Source of the DNA: Mobula hypostoma
Taxonomy: Eukaryota
Assembly: GCF_963921235.1 (NCBI RefSeq)
Contig: NC_086108.1
Coordinates: 82,524,001 to 82,588,000, forward strand
DNA: 64,000 nucleotides
Direction of reading: 5' to 3'
Shown one piece after another: positions 24,992-37,260 of this stretch (the stretch's first letter is position 1; the number at the start of each line of letters is the position of its first letter). The notes under the pieces were generated by a model. That model made no database searches and was not told the origin of the DNA. It saw nothing but the letters and a program-made list of their open reading frames with translations. The translations under genes were made by a program, and so were the position numbers.

Positions 24992-27789
24992 TTAGGTCAG
25001 CAGCTTGTTTCCAATAATCTACTACTGCAAACTGGGTGTGGGATTTGAACAGGTAGGTTCAGAGCGTACTTGATTATCAATCTAAATCTTTACTCTCAGA
25101 TTAGAAAGCCTTTGCAGCTTGCTACAGAGACTACTTTAATTTTGAACTCTCATCCATGATGTTGCTGGATCTCACCTGTGGAAGTTAGTGGCTGAGTGCA
25201 AAAGGACGATTTGGAGAGGTGCATAATTGGTGTGACTGGAAAAGAAGGGATGTTGGAAAAAGAGAGAGGAGTGATTGGAAGAGGCGATAACTAGGAGATT
25301 CACTGTGTGTTGCAAACTCTGATTAATCCAAATGAATTTAACAACCTGATCTGAATTGAACTTAAATTAAGCTTGTGCTCATATAATAGATGTGGTAAAG
25401 AAGTATTAATTAACATGGCATAAGTGTCCTTGAAGGTAGGGACCTCTGCTCTACTAAAATGAGCTTAAGTATAAAGAAATGGAAGCAGACTAGGTCATTC
25501 ATCCCCCAGTATCTCCTCCACCAATTAATAAAGTTATGGCTAAAGCTCCATCTCATTCCCTTGCCCATCAAATCTCCAAACTCCTTCCATTCACTAAATA
25601 ACAAAAACCTATCAGCCTCAACAATGAGTATAGATAAGCTTACCTAGCACTCCAGTGTTGAGAATTGTCAATATTTACGTCAATGCAAAAAGATATTTCT
25701 TTGCATCTCAGTGCTACAGCAAAGGCATTGTATATGTGTATTCCGTATATATAAATTCATGATGATATATTTAGATCACCCAGTGACAACCATAATGAAA
25801 GCATACCTGGCTAGGTTAGACAATCCTGTGTGAACTGAGCTTTGCTAAGAATGAATGAAAAACTCTCAAAGAATAATGTTTATATTACTCTTCCTACAAC
25901 TGAGTTAGTCCAGATATACTCACCACTGGCTTCTATCATTGGGGCATCCAGTCATTGTTGGAAATGGAGAATATTTGCTGTCAACATTTAGCTTAGGATG
26001 TCGCTTTAAAGAGTTAATGAAATAGATAATTTTCATTGCCCTGGGACAGGCACGAGAGAATTATTTGATCCATAAAGGATCACTCTGCTGGAAGCCCTAT
26101 CAGTCTCTTCAGCGTGAAATTACACAACAGCAGGGGGTTGTTCTCAGTCCTGTAAAAACATTACAGAGCTACATTTTCATGTAATGGCTCCAACTCAATG
26201 TACCGAACCCCAAGCCTTGCCATTCCAGCTAGTGAAGTTTCTATGGTATATGTTAAATCTATTTCACACAACTTCCAAAACTAAATTCAATACAAACGTA
26301 AGCTTTGGGCTTATGTAAGCAGTTTCTGACATGTCCAATTTATATCATTAATGTATTTATTGCCATACCACCACTACAAATTATTTTGAGGTTGTTTAAT
26401 AAATGTTGCATCAAGTATCATCTCAATCATTGACAGAATATCACCTCCCGCCTTTAGAGCTTCTCATTACTTTTTCTTTAATATATATTTATTAAAATGA
26501 AGGCAAAAATGTGGTTTACATTGATTAGTTAGGATCTATTCTGAAAGGGTGTCATACTGCTCATTGACAATGAAAATATATTATTCATGCGAGCAGCACT
26601 GGCCGGTAACAATGGAATTACAGCAGAGGTAGTGCTGATAATAGGGAAATTTGGTCTGGGAGGAGAAACTTCCAAATTTTCAGAAATCCCTTGCATGGGA
26701 TATAGTGTAGTAAATATGTGATATAGTAGATAAGGTATAGTAAATATAGAGAAGTATATATGTGACATACCTGTCTCATAGAGTGGACCGTGGGTTGGAA
26801 GTTTGGGATTAGTGTCTCAGAAGAATATGGGAGCAGAATCTTAAATGTACAAATGCTGCCCTTTAAAGTTGTACCTGCTAATTCTGTGTTTTATGGTTCT
26901 TTCTGGATTGACAAATTGGTCATGAACTTGAAACATCAATCCTACAACTGCTGCTCAGAGTCCATGAACTTTTCCAGGACTTTCTGTTTATTAACGCTTT
27001 GATTGCAGTTGGACATTTTGCATTTATATTGATCTGAACAAGGAGCAATTGGCTGATGAAACAGAAACTTCCTATTTTTCATCGCAGTGAGCCTGCTCAA
27101 CACAAATAACTCTTTATCAAGAGTAAGTGGTTAGGAAGTAGTTGGCTGTAGGGTTCAGTTCCTTAACTGTTGACTTCAAATGTCTAATAATATTGAAAAC
27201 TTGACTATAGAAGAAGACACCAGAGTGAGTCCCATTGATTGATACTATTCTTCGAGACTGCGCAACATCGCTTCAAGATAGTCACTAGAAACTGTGTGAT
27301 GAGCCTTGACCCTTTGATTCTGTCCTCACCTTGGAGCGTAGCATGCTGACATCTGCAGAAGCATCTGCAATGGGGCTAAAGGGTCTCTGAAGAGTGACAC
27401 GACTGATAGTTATAAGCTTTACTTGTCAAGAAATAGGTTTTGCTTGTCAAGAAATCTGGATTTTGGCTTTTGGGAGTGCTACAGGGCAACTAAATTGATC
27501 TTGGATGTCCGCAGACATATGTACACTATTGCTACACCCGGTTGTAATGCCAAATGTAGTGAATTGTTCTCTGTTGAGGAAAAATTATATTCAAGAAAGC
27601 TTTTATTTTACAAGTTGGACTCTTAGTGTTCATGCTGACAATTAATTGGCTGCTAGTTTTGGATCAATGCTATCATTGTTGGCTTTTATTCAAAGAGTTA
27701 TGGAATCATCCCATGAGGCTGGGGCCAGAGATGCTTGATGTGATGGGCTGATAAATTGTTTGGGAATTCGGCCAAACAATTGGGTCAAG

Positions 27790-28770
27790 GAGACTCAGGG
27801 TACTTAGTATACATCTTAATACTCTTTCCCCATCTTGACAAGACACAGGCTCACTGCTCCATGAGGATGTTCCTCTTCCTGAAGGAGGCTTAGAGAACAC
27901 AAGTCCTGATTTTGGAACCTAATGTCAGACATGTGGATCATGTGGCCAAGCTTAGTTGGAGCCTTAGTGTTGGTGATGTTGGCCCTGGAGAGGACACTGA
28001 TAATGATATTAGCATGTAAATAGATATAGAGGATTTAGCAGAGCCAGCATTAGTTCTACTTACCTAATACTGAGGTGCCCACTGTAGTTGTCCATGTCTC
28101 CAAATAATAAAACAGTGTCAAGTTTGTGAACTTGATCTTATTACATATTTTCCTCAGTTGTCCCGAGTCTGTGTTGAATTTCATCACTGATGTGTGTATT
28201 CACCAAGCAGTGGCTTCCAAGATATAAAAAGTAATCCACGTCTTCTTTATCTAGTCACGAATCTTTATTTATGGAGAAAAGGAATGGTTTGATGCAGTCG
28301 GCCAGTTTTTCTTGAAGGACTCTTCTTTTAGATATTGAGCATAAGACTGGCTCCTTTAGAAGTCTCAGTGCATGAATAGGAGCTCAGGTGTGAGCATGTA
28401 CACACACGAGCATCATTCGGTGTTTGATGATGAAAGTTGGCATGACCTGACTTCTAGAGTGGAGTTAAACAGCTTCCGATTTAGGTGACAGGTGGGTTTC
28501 TCTCTAGTCAGAGTGGATTGAGGTAATGACACAGCTTGACTGACCTGAGCTTGCACTGGGAAGTGTTTTTGGTAGAAGCTTTGGTAAGATTATAACTTGC
28601 ATTTCATATATTAGTAGATGTATAATGGAGATACATTTCTGAGGAAAGCCAAATTTCACAAAGCTGCTCCATAATCCTTCCCTGATGGTGGAGTTGAAGG
28701 CTTTTGAGAGTTTGCAGGATGTGATATTTAGTGGTTTATGTTGCTCCAGTATCATTGTGTAATGTAACAC
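27790..28770 (-). mobile_element. Old RTE-clade LINE RT remnant
   Basis: ORF 28504-28770 contains LSKAFNSTIREGLWSSFVKFGFPQKCISIIHLL, resembling the RTE motif KAFDTVNREGLWKIL-KFG-P-KFI-II-LLH. Confidence 0.7.
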
Positions 28771-28814
28771 AGGTGCATACTTGTTTCTAAATCTCTTCTC
28801 TCACTGCCACCCAG

Positions 28815-29410
28815 AGAACTAAACAGACCTTGCAGGTGAGACAAAGATTCATGATCCCCTCTTCCATCCTGGTCTACTGCACTCGATTGCCCTGATGTGA
28901 CCTTCTCTACATCAGTTAGAGATGTAGGCTAGATGACCAGTTTCCAGAGCACCAGTACTTCGTCCATAATGGCCTTTCGAAGCTCCTGATTGCAGGCCAT
29001 TTGAACTTCTCTTCATACTCTCTGACTGATCAATCCATCCTCAGCTTTCTCCACTCTCATGGTGAGGGCTAATATACACTAGAAGAATAACACCCATTAT
29101 TTCTGAATAGACTACAATTGTACGAATATTCAATTTTCCAATTTCAGGTAATCCTTGCTTCCTGTATTTTCCCCTGCCTAGGTCCAACCATTGTCCTTCA
29201 CCTTTATCTCCTACTGGCTCCTGTCTCACCGCTCCCCTCCCCCCTTTATTCTGGCTACCTTCCCTCCCATTTCTCAGTTCTGATGCAGGATCATGGACTA
29301 AAACATTGAGTACTCCTCCCCCAACCCCACACACACTTCTTGACCCACAGAGCTTCTCCGCAGGTTGTTTTTTTTTACATCAGATTCAATATGTGCAGCT
29401 TCTCTTGTGT
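28815..29410 (+). mobile_element. Penelope-like element 3' portion
   Basis: KQTLQVRQRF...LVYC...LLYIS remnant; decayed hammerhead-like motif at 29275-29312; terminal block. Confidence 0.7.
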
Positions 29411-29439
29411 CACTTCCAGGCAAAGTAGAAATTCTCTTA

Positions 29440-29920
29440 TACCTGTCCATTTTGTATTTGCATTTGGTGTTCACAATGTGTTGTCCTCTACATTGTGGAA
29501 ACCAAATGTAAATTGGATAAACACTTTGTGGAGCACTTCCATTTAGTCTGTAGAAGTAACTCTGAGGTTATAACCACCTGCTACTTTAATTCACTGTCTT
29601 ATTCCCACACTGACCTCTCCATCTTCGGCTTCTTACATTGTTCCATCAATGGCCAATCTAAGTTTGAGGAAGAACATTTCATCATCCCTTATCTCTCAGA
29701 ATTAAATTCAACAATTTCAGATAACCAGTTTTTTTACTGATTGTGTCGGAACTGGCCAGTTGTGATGTAAAGTCACACGTGTAATGTTGATTCCTTTTTT
29801 TTGTCTCTTTCCACAGATGCTCCCTGATCTGCTATGTTTCTCCAACATTCATTTGTTTCAGATTTCTAGCAACTGCTGTGAGATGTTCTGCATCTCACAG
29901 ATTTGGAATCTTCCTTTGTT
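29440..29920 (+). mobile_element. Older Penelope-like element fragment
   Basis: ORF 29495-29740 gives ETKCKLDKHFVEHFHLV...YFNSLSYSHTDLSIFGFLHC...KFEEEHFI, a GIY-YIG C-terminus. Confidence 0.7.
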
Positions 29921-32806
29921 CTATTACTCTGTCTATTTTGTCTCTGTCTCTCTGTCTCTCTTACTGTGTTGAAAGCAATTACATTGTTTGGACAGCTTTA
30001 GTCTCTCAGAAGTTCCTTCTGTTCCTACTTTCCTTCTGTTCTTACTGCCCTTCTCCCTTTTAACACACACTTAACTTAATCCTTTTTCCAGTTTGATTGA
30101 AAGTGCCACTGAACTGCAAAATATTGATATTATGAATTAAATATTAACACCTCTCTCCACAGATGCTGCTGGGCCTGCTGAATATATCTTATACTCGATG
30201 GTTTTGCATTTTTTTTAGGTTTTCAACTTCTAGTTGACATCTTCAACAGCAAAACATCGGGAATTAATCTGCCTAAGCAGAAATTAAAACACAATAAAGT
30301 AATTGACTTCATTTTTTCTCTATCCTGCTTAAGAGGAAATTGAATTAAATATTGAGAGTCAGGTTCTGAAATGTCCGAATGATAAAAGGCGGAAACTTTT
30401 GCTATTGTTGCAGATCATCTGCATAAAAAGGATAATTTGGTGCACACTGCATATTTAACCTGTGAGACAGAAGATTTTAGTAGTTGCAATCCCACCACAA
30501 GCTAATTGGCAAGGGTTTGGAGTAGAATGCTAGTGAACGGAGAGTTCCAGTTTTCTCTCTCAATCCCTGCAGTATTGCAAAGTTTGAGACGCTGCTGCTA
30601 GGGAAATCCTTCCTGGAACCCCAGCACCATTTAGAAACCTGTAAAGAAACTATTTTTTTCTGCATTTGTATGGACTATATAAACTGAAGCACAGCATACT
30701 GTGTATGCATGTTCTAAGTGTAATGGCTGAATATTGTGGAGAAATGTCCTTACGTGCGTTCTCCCTCTCTGTCACAGCTCATCTATGAACTTGGCAACGT
30801 GAGAGAAATGAGGAGGCAAACCTAGAAAGGTAGCTTCTATGCAGTCAGTCAAGGTATGAAATTAACTTGTGCCCAAGTGTCTCTCTGTGATGGCTTGATC
30901 ATTCTCACGAATTGTCTCTGAGGGAAGTTGTAAGGGTGTGGATTGGTGTGGCTGGTGGTTGTGTTCAATGAGAGGGGAGGGGACCGCTAAATTAAAATTA
31001 GGAACGAAAGAAATAAAATAACTCTTACAAGCTGATAATTCACAAAGCACAATATTGTAATTGCTGATTACAGCTTTTCTACTTTGGCCCCATTCTAATG
31101 TGAAGAATGTTTATTGCTTTTTCTAAATTAAATTAGCAGTGCCACTATATTAGGTTACAGGCCTGTATACTTCTATTTGAAGAAAAGAATTTGTCTTAGA
31201 GACAGTGGGTCAGTGCAGAACACTTACTTAATTCCTATTTCAGTGCTCCAGACACAGGTTCTTTTGCTTGACAGGCCCCCTTGTTTTATCTATTGTATGT
31301 TTCTAAGACTCTTTGATGCTTATCAGTGCCGTAATGCCGTTTGAGGGATTTGGTAAATGACAGGCTGAAGAATGCAGTAGAGAATTGCCATGCTGAATGA
31401 CAAAAAGGATGTTCGAAACAGGATTAATATCATATTCTTACAGTGGCTGACAGCTGCTGAATAGAGGGAGAATTCTTCAATAGTCCATAGTGGCCAGCTT
31501 CCTTTCTTCTCACTTTTCCTGGCTTAAATCCACCGCAAGTACTTTAGAATTTAACCGTGTGGCATCATTATAAAATTGAACATTGAGTACAGTGATATTT
31601 TTAAAATCTGGGTAAGCCATTTTGTGAAATGAATGCACCGTCATTTCTCTGTTGTTGAAATTTCTAAATCCTTTGTTACTTTTAGCCTTTTGCTGAAAAC
31701 TACTTTATTTCAAAAGCATTCTATCCCAATTATGCTAAAGAACTCTCCAATGACTTGAAGCAAAATAATTTAATTAGTGATATCAATAGATTTGTAGTTT
31801 CTTTGCAATAAGATTAACTTCTCAATGCTATTAATGTACTCCGCTTTAAGGCACATGAATATTCTGCTAAGTTGCCATTCATTATTTCTATACTTCGTGA
31901 CAAACTACTGAAAGTTTGTCATTTTTAACAGCGTAGAAGAGCTTTAGTTTTTGCACTGTTTTGTTTCATTCATTTCTCCTTCTTGACTCAATGTCCAACT
32001 TGGCAGAGGGAACAGACTGAAGTTTAGATTCTTCGTATAAGTCCTGGCATGGTTGGCAGAGCAGGGCAGAGTGGCCAACTGAGCTACTCCTGCTCTTTAC
32101 GCTCTCGTGCTCTTTTCGTAATAGATTGCTGTTGCAGGACTGGTGATCAGTTTTAGGACCGGTCTTGCTGGGCAAGCATCTCTATCCCTTGCTCTATTGC
32201 ATTGAAATGCTGCATCTTTTCTATTAAATTTCTCAAAGAGTTATTACGTTTGCAGTGCTTTTTAGCAAGACCCATGAGGACAATATTCCTATTCCTGGTT
32301 TGCTCTGTACAACAGAGACTCATAGAAAGCATTTAACTTCACCTGAGGGGATATGTGATGAAGCCTTTGCTTGCATATCCTTGATATCTGACTTGGTACT
32401 GTTGGTAACCTATAGTCGATGACAATATAATGAAGGTTCATAATACAAAGATATTATTTGACAGAATCCTAAAAAAAAAGTTGTTTTCCTAAATATGTAC
32501 CTGTATGTACATATTTCCATAGAAATATGTGTGGGAAAGAAATAAGAGGCTGCCTTTTGGCTTCATTGAGCTCCCTTCATTGTGGACACATTGGAGGGAA
32601 TTTGTAACATGAAAGTAAGATAGCTTCACCTCATTCTATAAAGATTTGCAGCTACAATGTATTTGCCCATGATAAGCTTTGTGCACATGGAAGTAAAGTT
32701 TATTTCATAAAAATAAACTGAAGAGTACATTTGTTCCGCCATTTGTGTTTACTAGCTCGACAATTGTCACTGTGCAGCGAACATCATTGTGACCCCTCAA
32801 TGTCTT

Positions 32807-32820
32807 GTTGCCATGGCAAT
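32807..32820. promoter_or_regulatory. RFX X-box-like palindrome
   Basis: GTTGCCATGGCAAT (13/14 match to GTTGCCATGGCAAC), about 55 bp after a Forkhead-type TGTTTAC (32746-32752). Confidence 0.45.
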
Positions 32821-33214
32821 ACCATGATCTTGAAACATGTCAATTAAGGTGCTCATACTATAACATGCTGAGAAATAGTGAATAACTTATTAAAGGAGAA
32901 GGTCAAAAAGCTAAGTACGTTTTCCTATGTAAACTTGAAGTTCTCCAGTTGATTAAAGCACTTGTTAGATACATGGAGCACCAAATGCTGTGGATGATAT
33001 TCCAGTTCTCATCTGATTCAGCCCAATGACATTTGTGAACGCTACCAGAATATTGTAAACCATGCCTCAAGTCTATGGAAAATAACTAACAGAATGCAAT
33101 GAGCGGTGGGGGGGGGGCGGGCGGGAGGGAGGGGTTGTGATTTTCAGCACTTTGTTATCCCAAATGCACTCAGAATGGGGGGGGGGTAGATAATGGCAGA
33201 GAAAAATCTACTGG

Positions 33215-33532
33215 TGGCAGGGTAGCATTGTAGTTATGTATCGTTTAACTGTTTAACCGCGCAAGCTGTAAGATCGGGGTTCAATTCCAGCTGCTGAATG
33301 TAAGGAGTCTGTACGTTTTGCTCGTGACCATGCAGGTTTCCTCTGGGTGCTCCAGTCTTCTCCCACTTTCTAAGGATGTATGTGTCAGGGTTAATAAGTG
33401 GTGGGCATGCTCTGTTATTGTACTCCGGCAGGCCGCCTCCAAAACATCCCTAGACTGTGCTGGTTGTTGATACAAAACAACGCATTTCACTGTATATTTT
33501 TTTTGATGTGTGTGTGACAAACAGCACTAACC
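33215..33532 (+). mobile_element. V-domain SINE with alternative (Rex1-like) tail
   Basis: tRNA head with B-box GGTTCAATTCC, V-domain, then GTGGGCATGCT...CATTTCACTGTAT...GTGACAAA tail. Confidence 0.75.
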
Positions 33533-34239
33533 TTTCTCCTTTCAACCACTTGCTTGGGCCACTTCCTCACTATTTTCACATCTGCATTGATTGTTTTATC
33601 CAATGCTTACCCTGGCAGCCAGAAATTCCACGTGAAAAAAATGTGAACACCATGACTAAATTCAGGATGGAATTTAATTCAACCCCTATTTAACCTCATT
33701 CCATCCACTCACATTAAGCAGCAAGTACTGAACCAGCAATTTCAAATACATTTTAAAAGAAGGAGGACATAATCTCTTATAAAAGACGTGGCACAACCTG
33801 CAGAGTGCTTCTGATATCTTCTGACAGATTTTCAACACCAGCAGTCGTTTTTACTTGTGTTGCCTTCACTAACCTGTTTGTTTGCAGCGACTGATGCACT
33901 TGATTGATTGGAGAAGTATACTGGTGCAGTTTTGCCTCCAGCTCCAATAACTCAGGTTCAGTCTCGATCTTGGCTGCTAACTGTGTGGGGTTTCCACTTC
34001 CTCCGCTGCAGCCCAAGTTTCCTTCAGGCGCACCGTTTTCCCTTCACATTTCAAAGACGCACAGAATGGTGGGGTTACTTGGCCACGGTAAATTGTCCCT
34101 CATATGTTGGTGAGAATCTGAGGAGATTTTGTGGGAATGTGGAGAGAATAAAATGGAATTGGAGTAGGATCAGTGGGGATGGGTGGTTGGTGACTATTGC
34201 AGTCTTACTGGCCCAAAGAGCCTGTAACTTCCCTAGGAC

Positions 34240-34495
34240 TTTTTCTTCCTTCTCCCGTCTGCGTGAGATGTGGGACATTTGAGAAACTTTGAACTTTACT
34301 GTGCTCATGGACTTCTACATCAAGTATTGTTACACTATTTGTAACTATATGTTATAATTATGTGGTTTTGTCAGTTTTTTCAGTTTTGGTTTGTCCTGTG
34401 TTTGGTGATATCACACCAGAGGAAATAATGTATCATTTCTTAATGCATGCATCACTAAATGACAATAAAAGAGGACTACGTGTCTTCATAATCAT
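34240..34495 (+). mobile_element. 5'-truncated copy of the 16562-17170 retroposon
   Basis: Highly similar to 16896-17152; inserted in the tail of a V-SINE (about 33925-34230). Confidence 0.9.
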
Positions 34496-35439
34496 ATACT
34501 GGGCTGCATTATGGCTCTTCTAGGATGAGACTGAGGATCTAATTTGGCTGTAGCAGGGAAGCAGCACCATAGTCCACCAGCAGGTTGCTGTGTGGAACAC
34601 TTACTGTTTAGCAGGAATACAAATGCCAAAGACATTATTATTTTGTACCATGAGCCTCCACCATCAATTGATCTGTCTTCTTATAATGGCTGTGATGCTC
34701 TTTCCCACTTTCCATGACATTTTCAGAGTGGCATGATTTCCTCTTTTAAAAGTGAACACAGGAAATAAAAACAGAAGAGTCCAGAACCGGGACTCACTGG
34801 CCATTTAGAACCAAGTTCAAGTCTTGGGTCTATGAGTCTGAAGTCCGCTGGGGAAGTCAGAGGTACTATCCGTGAGACCGCTGGAGGCCTAGTGTCATGT
34901 CCTAGGGTTCGAGGACTGTTTGTGTGGATGGGAGAGGGGAAAGGGGCTTGTTTTCCAGTTGCTCTTTTGTTAATTTGTTGTGTTCTGTTTTGTTGTGTTC
35001 AGTTTTGATCTGCCAAGCATTGTGGGCATGCTATATGGGTACCAGAATGTGTGGCAGCACTTGCAGCCAGACCCTCTCACATCGCTGGGTTGTGTCGGTT
35101 GTTAACACGAATGCCATATTTTACTGTGTGTTTTAATGTATAAGTAAATGAATCCGAATCGGATCAGGAGAAATTTCTTCACCAACAATGGTGAAGCTGT
35201 GGAATTCTCCAGCACAGAGAGCAGTAGTGGCCAAGTCATTAAATATATTTAAAAAAGGGAATCAAGGGATATAGGATAAAGTGGAAACTTGACCCTGCAG
35301 TGGGCAGATATCCATGAAGGGGCAAATGGCCTACACCTGCTCCAATTTTCCTGTTCACTGTTTCTATTTTAATCAAGGAGGGATTTGTTTTGTTTGGCTG
35401 AAGATGTCTTCCATCAACAAAAGTGCTGTACACTTCTTT

Positions 35440-35870
35440 CCAAATTCATGATCATTCTGGGTGTTCAATGCTCCGACAACCTTATGTCTCAGATCCTTGA
35501 ATCAGACATTCCATTTTTGTCATGGGAAAAGATTGTCCACCTGAAAAGATTATCCACCGGGAAGAAAAGATTCAAAATGTTCTCCAAGCCTTCTTAAAAA
35601 ATGCAACGACCCCACTATTCCTTGGTGATCCCTGGTTCAAGACCATTTAAAATGAGAAGCCAGTATTCAAAATAGAACTGTGAATCTTGTATCCATACTT
35701 TGGGACACACAGAAATCCATCCATCACGATCATACCACCTTAGGTCTACCCATCCACCCATCCCAGAGGCACCACCTGATCCAGCAGGGGTAGAGTCACT
35801 ATTTTCCATTTTGACCTCATCAGTCACTTCAGGAGCCAAGTAAGTAGACAGGGAGGAGGTCATCCTCGAT
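35440..35870 (+). mobile_element. Old RTE-clade LINE 3' end
   Basis: Decayed HGKRL...RKRFK.VL.A.LKKCN...SW.SL.QD..KWR motif and GTCATCCTCGA 3' terminus. Confidence 0.6.
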
Positions 35871-35929
35871 TTTCCTGCATAAGCAGCTTCCATTGATTTG
35901 TGACCCTGCCATGAATCCGGATGACTGTC

Positions 35930-36095
35930 TTGTTACATGATTGACTGGACCTCCAAAGGGGAGAGTGTTGGAAAGAAGAATTCTTTTGGTATCCTTGGAG
36001 GGAAGAGAAGTGATAAGGGTCGAGCTGTGAGAAATGGTGTACACCTGGAAGAGCCTGCCAACCTCAGCGGACGGAAATCTGCGCTTGCAATGAAG
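35930..36095 (-). mobile_element. Possible ancient Penelope RT-EN linker fragment
   Basis: RRFPSAEVGR...VYTISHSSTLITSLPSKDTKRILL resembles the PLE linker RGFPSTVVDRA...ISRTSALTPSPP..NKDRVPL as I recall it. Confidence 0.4.
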
Positions 36096-37260
36096 TAAAC
36101 TTGCTGATTCATTGTGCTAATCAAAAAACTTAAATCATATATCCTTAGTGTAACATTGTCTGACTTCATGCTGGTTGTTCCTCCTGTAAATCTATTCCTT
36201 GGTACTGATTTTCAACATATATAAACTATAATGTGTTTGTTGACTGAGAGGAGCAACAAGTGAGGCCAAGAGTTAATTCTGAGAATGTGAGTGTGACCAG
36301 AAAACGTGTGTGATGAACTATTTCCACTGATTTATGGACATTCATGATTGAAGGTCAGAGGAGAAATTACCGAAGAAATCATTGTTTCCTTGCTGAATTA
36401 TAATTTGGTAGGTTAATTGGTTATTGTAAGTCATCCCATGATTAGGTTATGATTAAATCGAGGCAGGGGGGGCGGGGTTGTTAGATGGCTGGCCTTGAAA
36501 GCCTGAAAGGGCCTATTCCACACTGCATCTCAATGAATGAATGAATAAATAAACAAACAAACAAACAAATATATAAATTTGAGAGCTCTAAGGAAGAGTA
36601 GTCTCAGTCTCAGTCCATTTGATATGAACCCACTGGAGCTCGGCCCATCTAACTGGCCCCATCATTTAATAGCTTGATGGCTGACATGATTGAAAGCTCA
36701 GCTTGGCATAGTTGCCTATATTGGCTGGGGTATTGAGTATAAAATTTGGGAAGACATGGTGCAGATCAAATTCAAGTTTAAGTTCAATTGTCATTTAGCC
36801 TTACACATGTATACAGCTAAATAAAACATTATTCCTCTGGGACCAAGGTATAAAACACAGTACATACAGTCACACACAACACACAGCACATATATTTATG
36901 ATAGCACATACAGTTACAATATGTCCTGAGTGGCATCAAGATTGATGGTGCATGGGATGCTGTTCTGGAGCCACATTTCTGCAAGAACAAGCATGCAACA
37001 GTTTCTCATCTCATTTAGGGTTAGTCGCAGATGAAGGCTTGTCTTCCAGGGAGCAAGTACTGGAGACGGGACATCTTGCTAGTAGGGGCCAGCTTCCAAC
37101 TCACCAAGGATTCCGGAGCATCTGAGGATCTTCTGGTCCTTTCCACACTGTCTCTGGCACCTCTTCCCCTGGGTGCCTGCAAAAGGTGATGCAGTGACAT
37201 GAGGGCCTTGAGGGTCAGGTCCATGCAACAACAAAGGCCATATAAACTTAATGTCCTGGA

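Noticed and set aside
27088..27122. Possible 35-nt microexon (similarly a 27-nt one at 54995-55021)
   Set aside because: Splice-like signals only, with no protein identity; not supportable from sequence alone.
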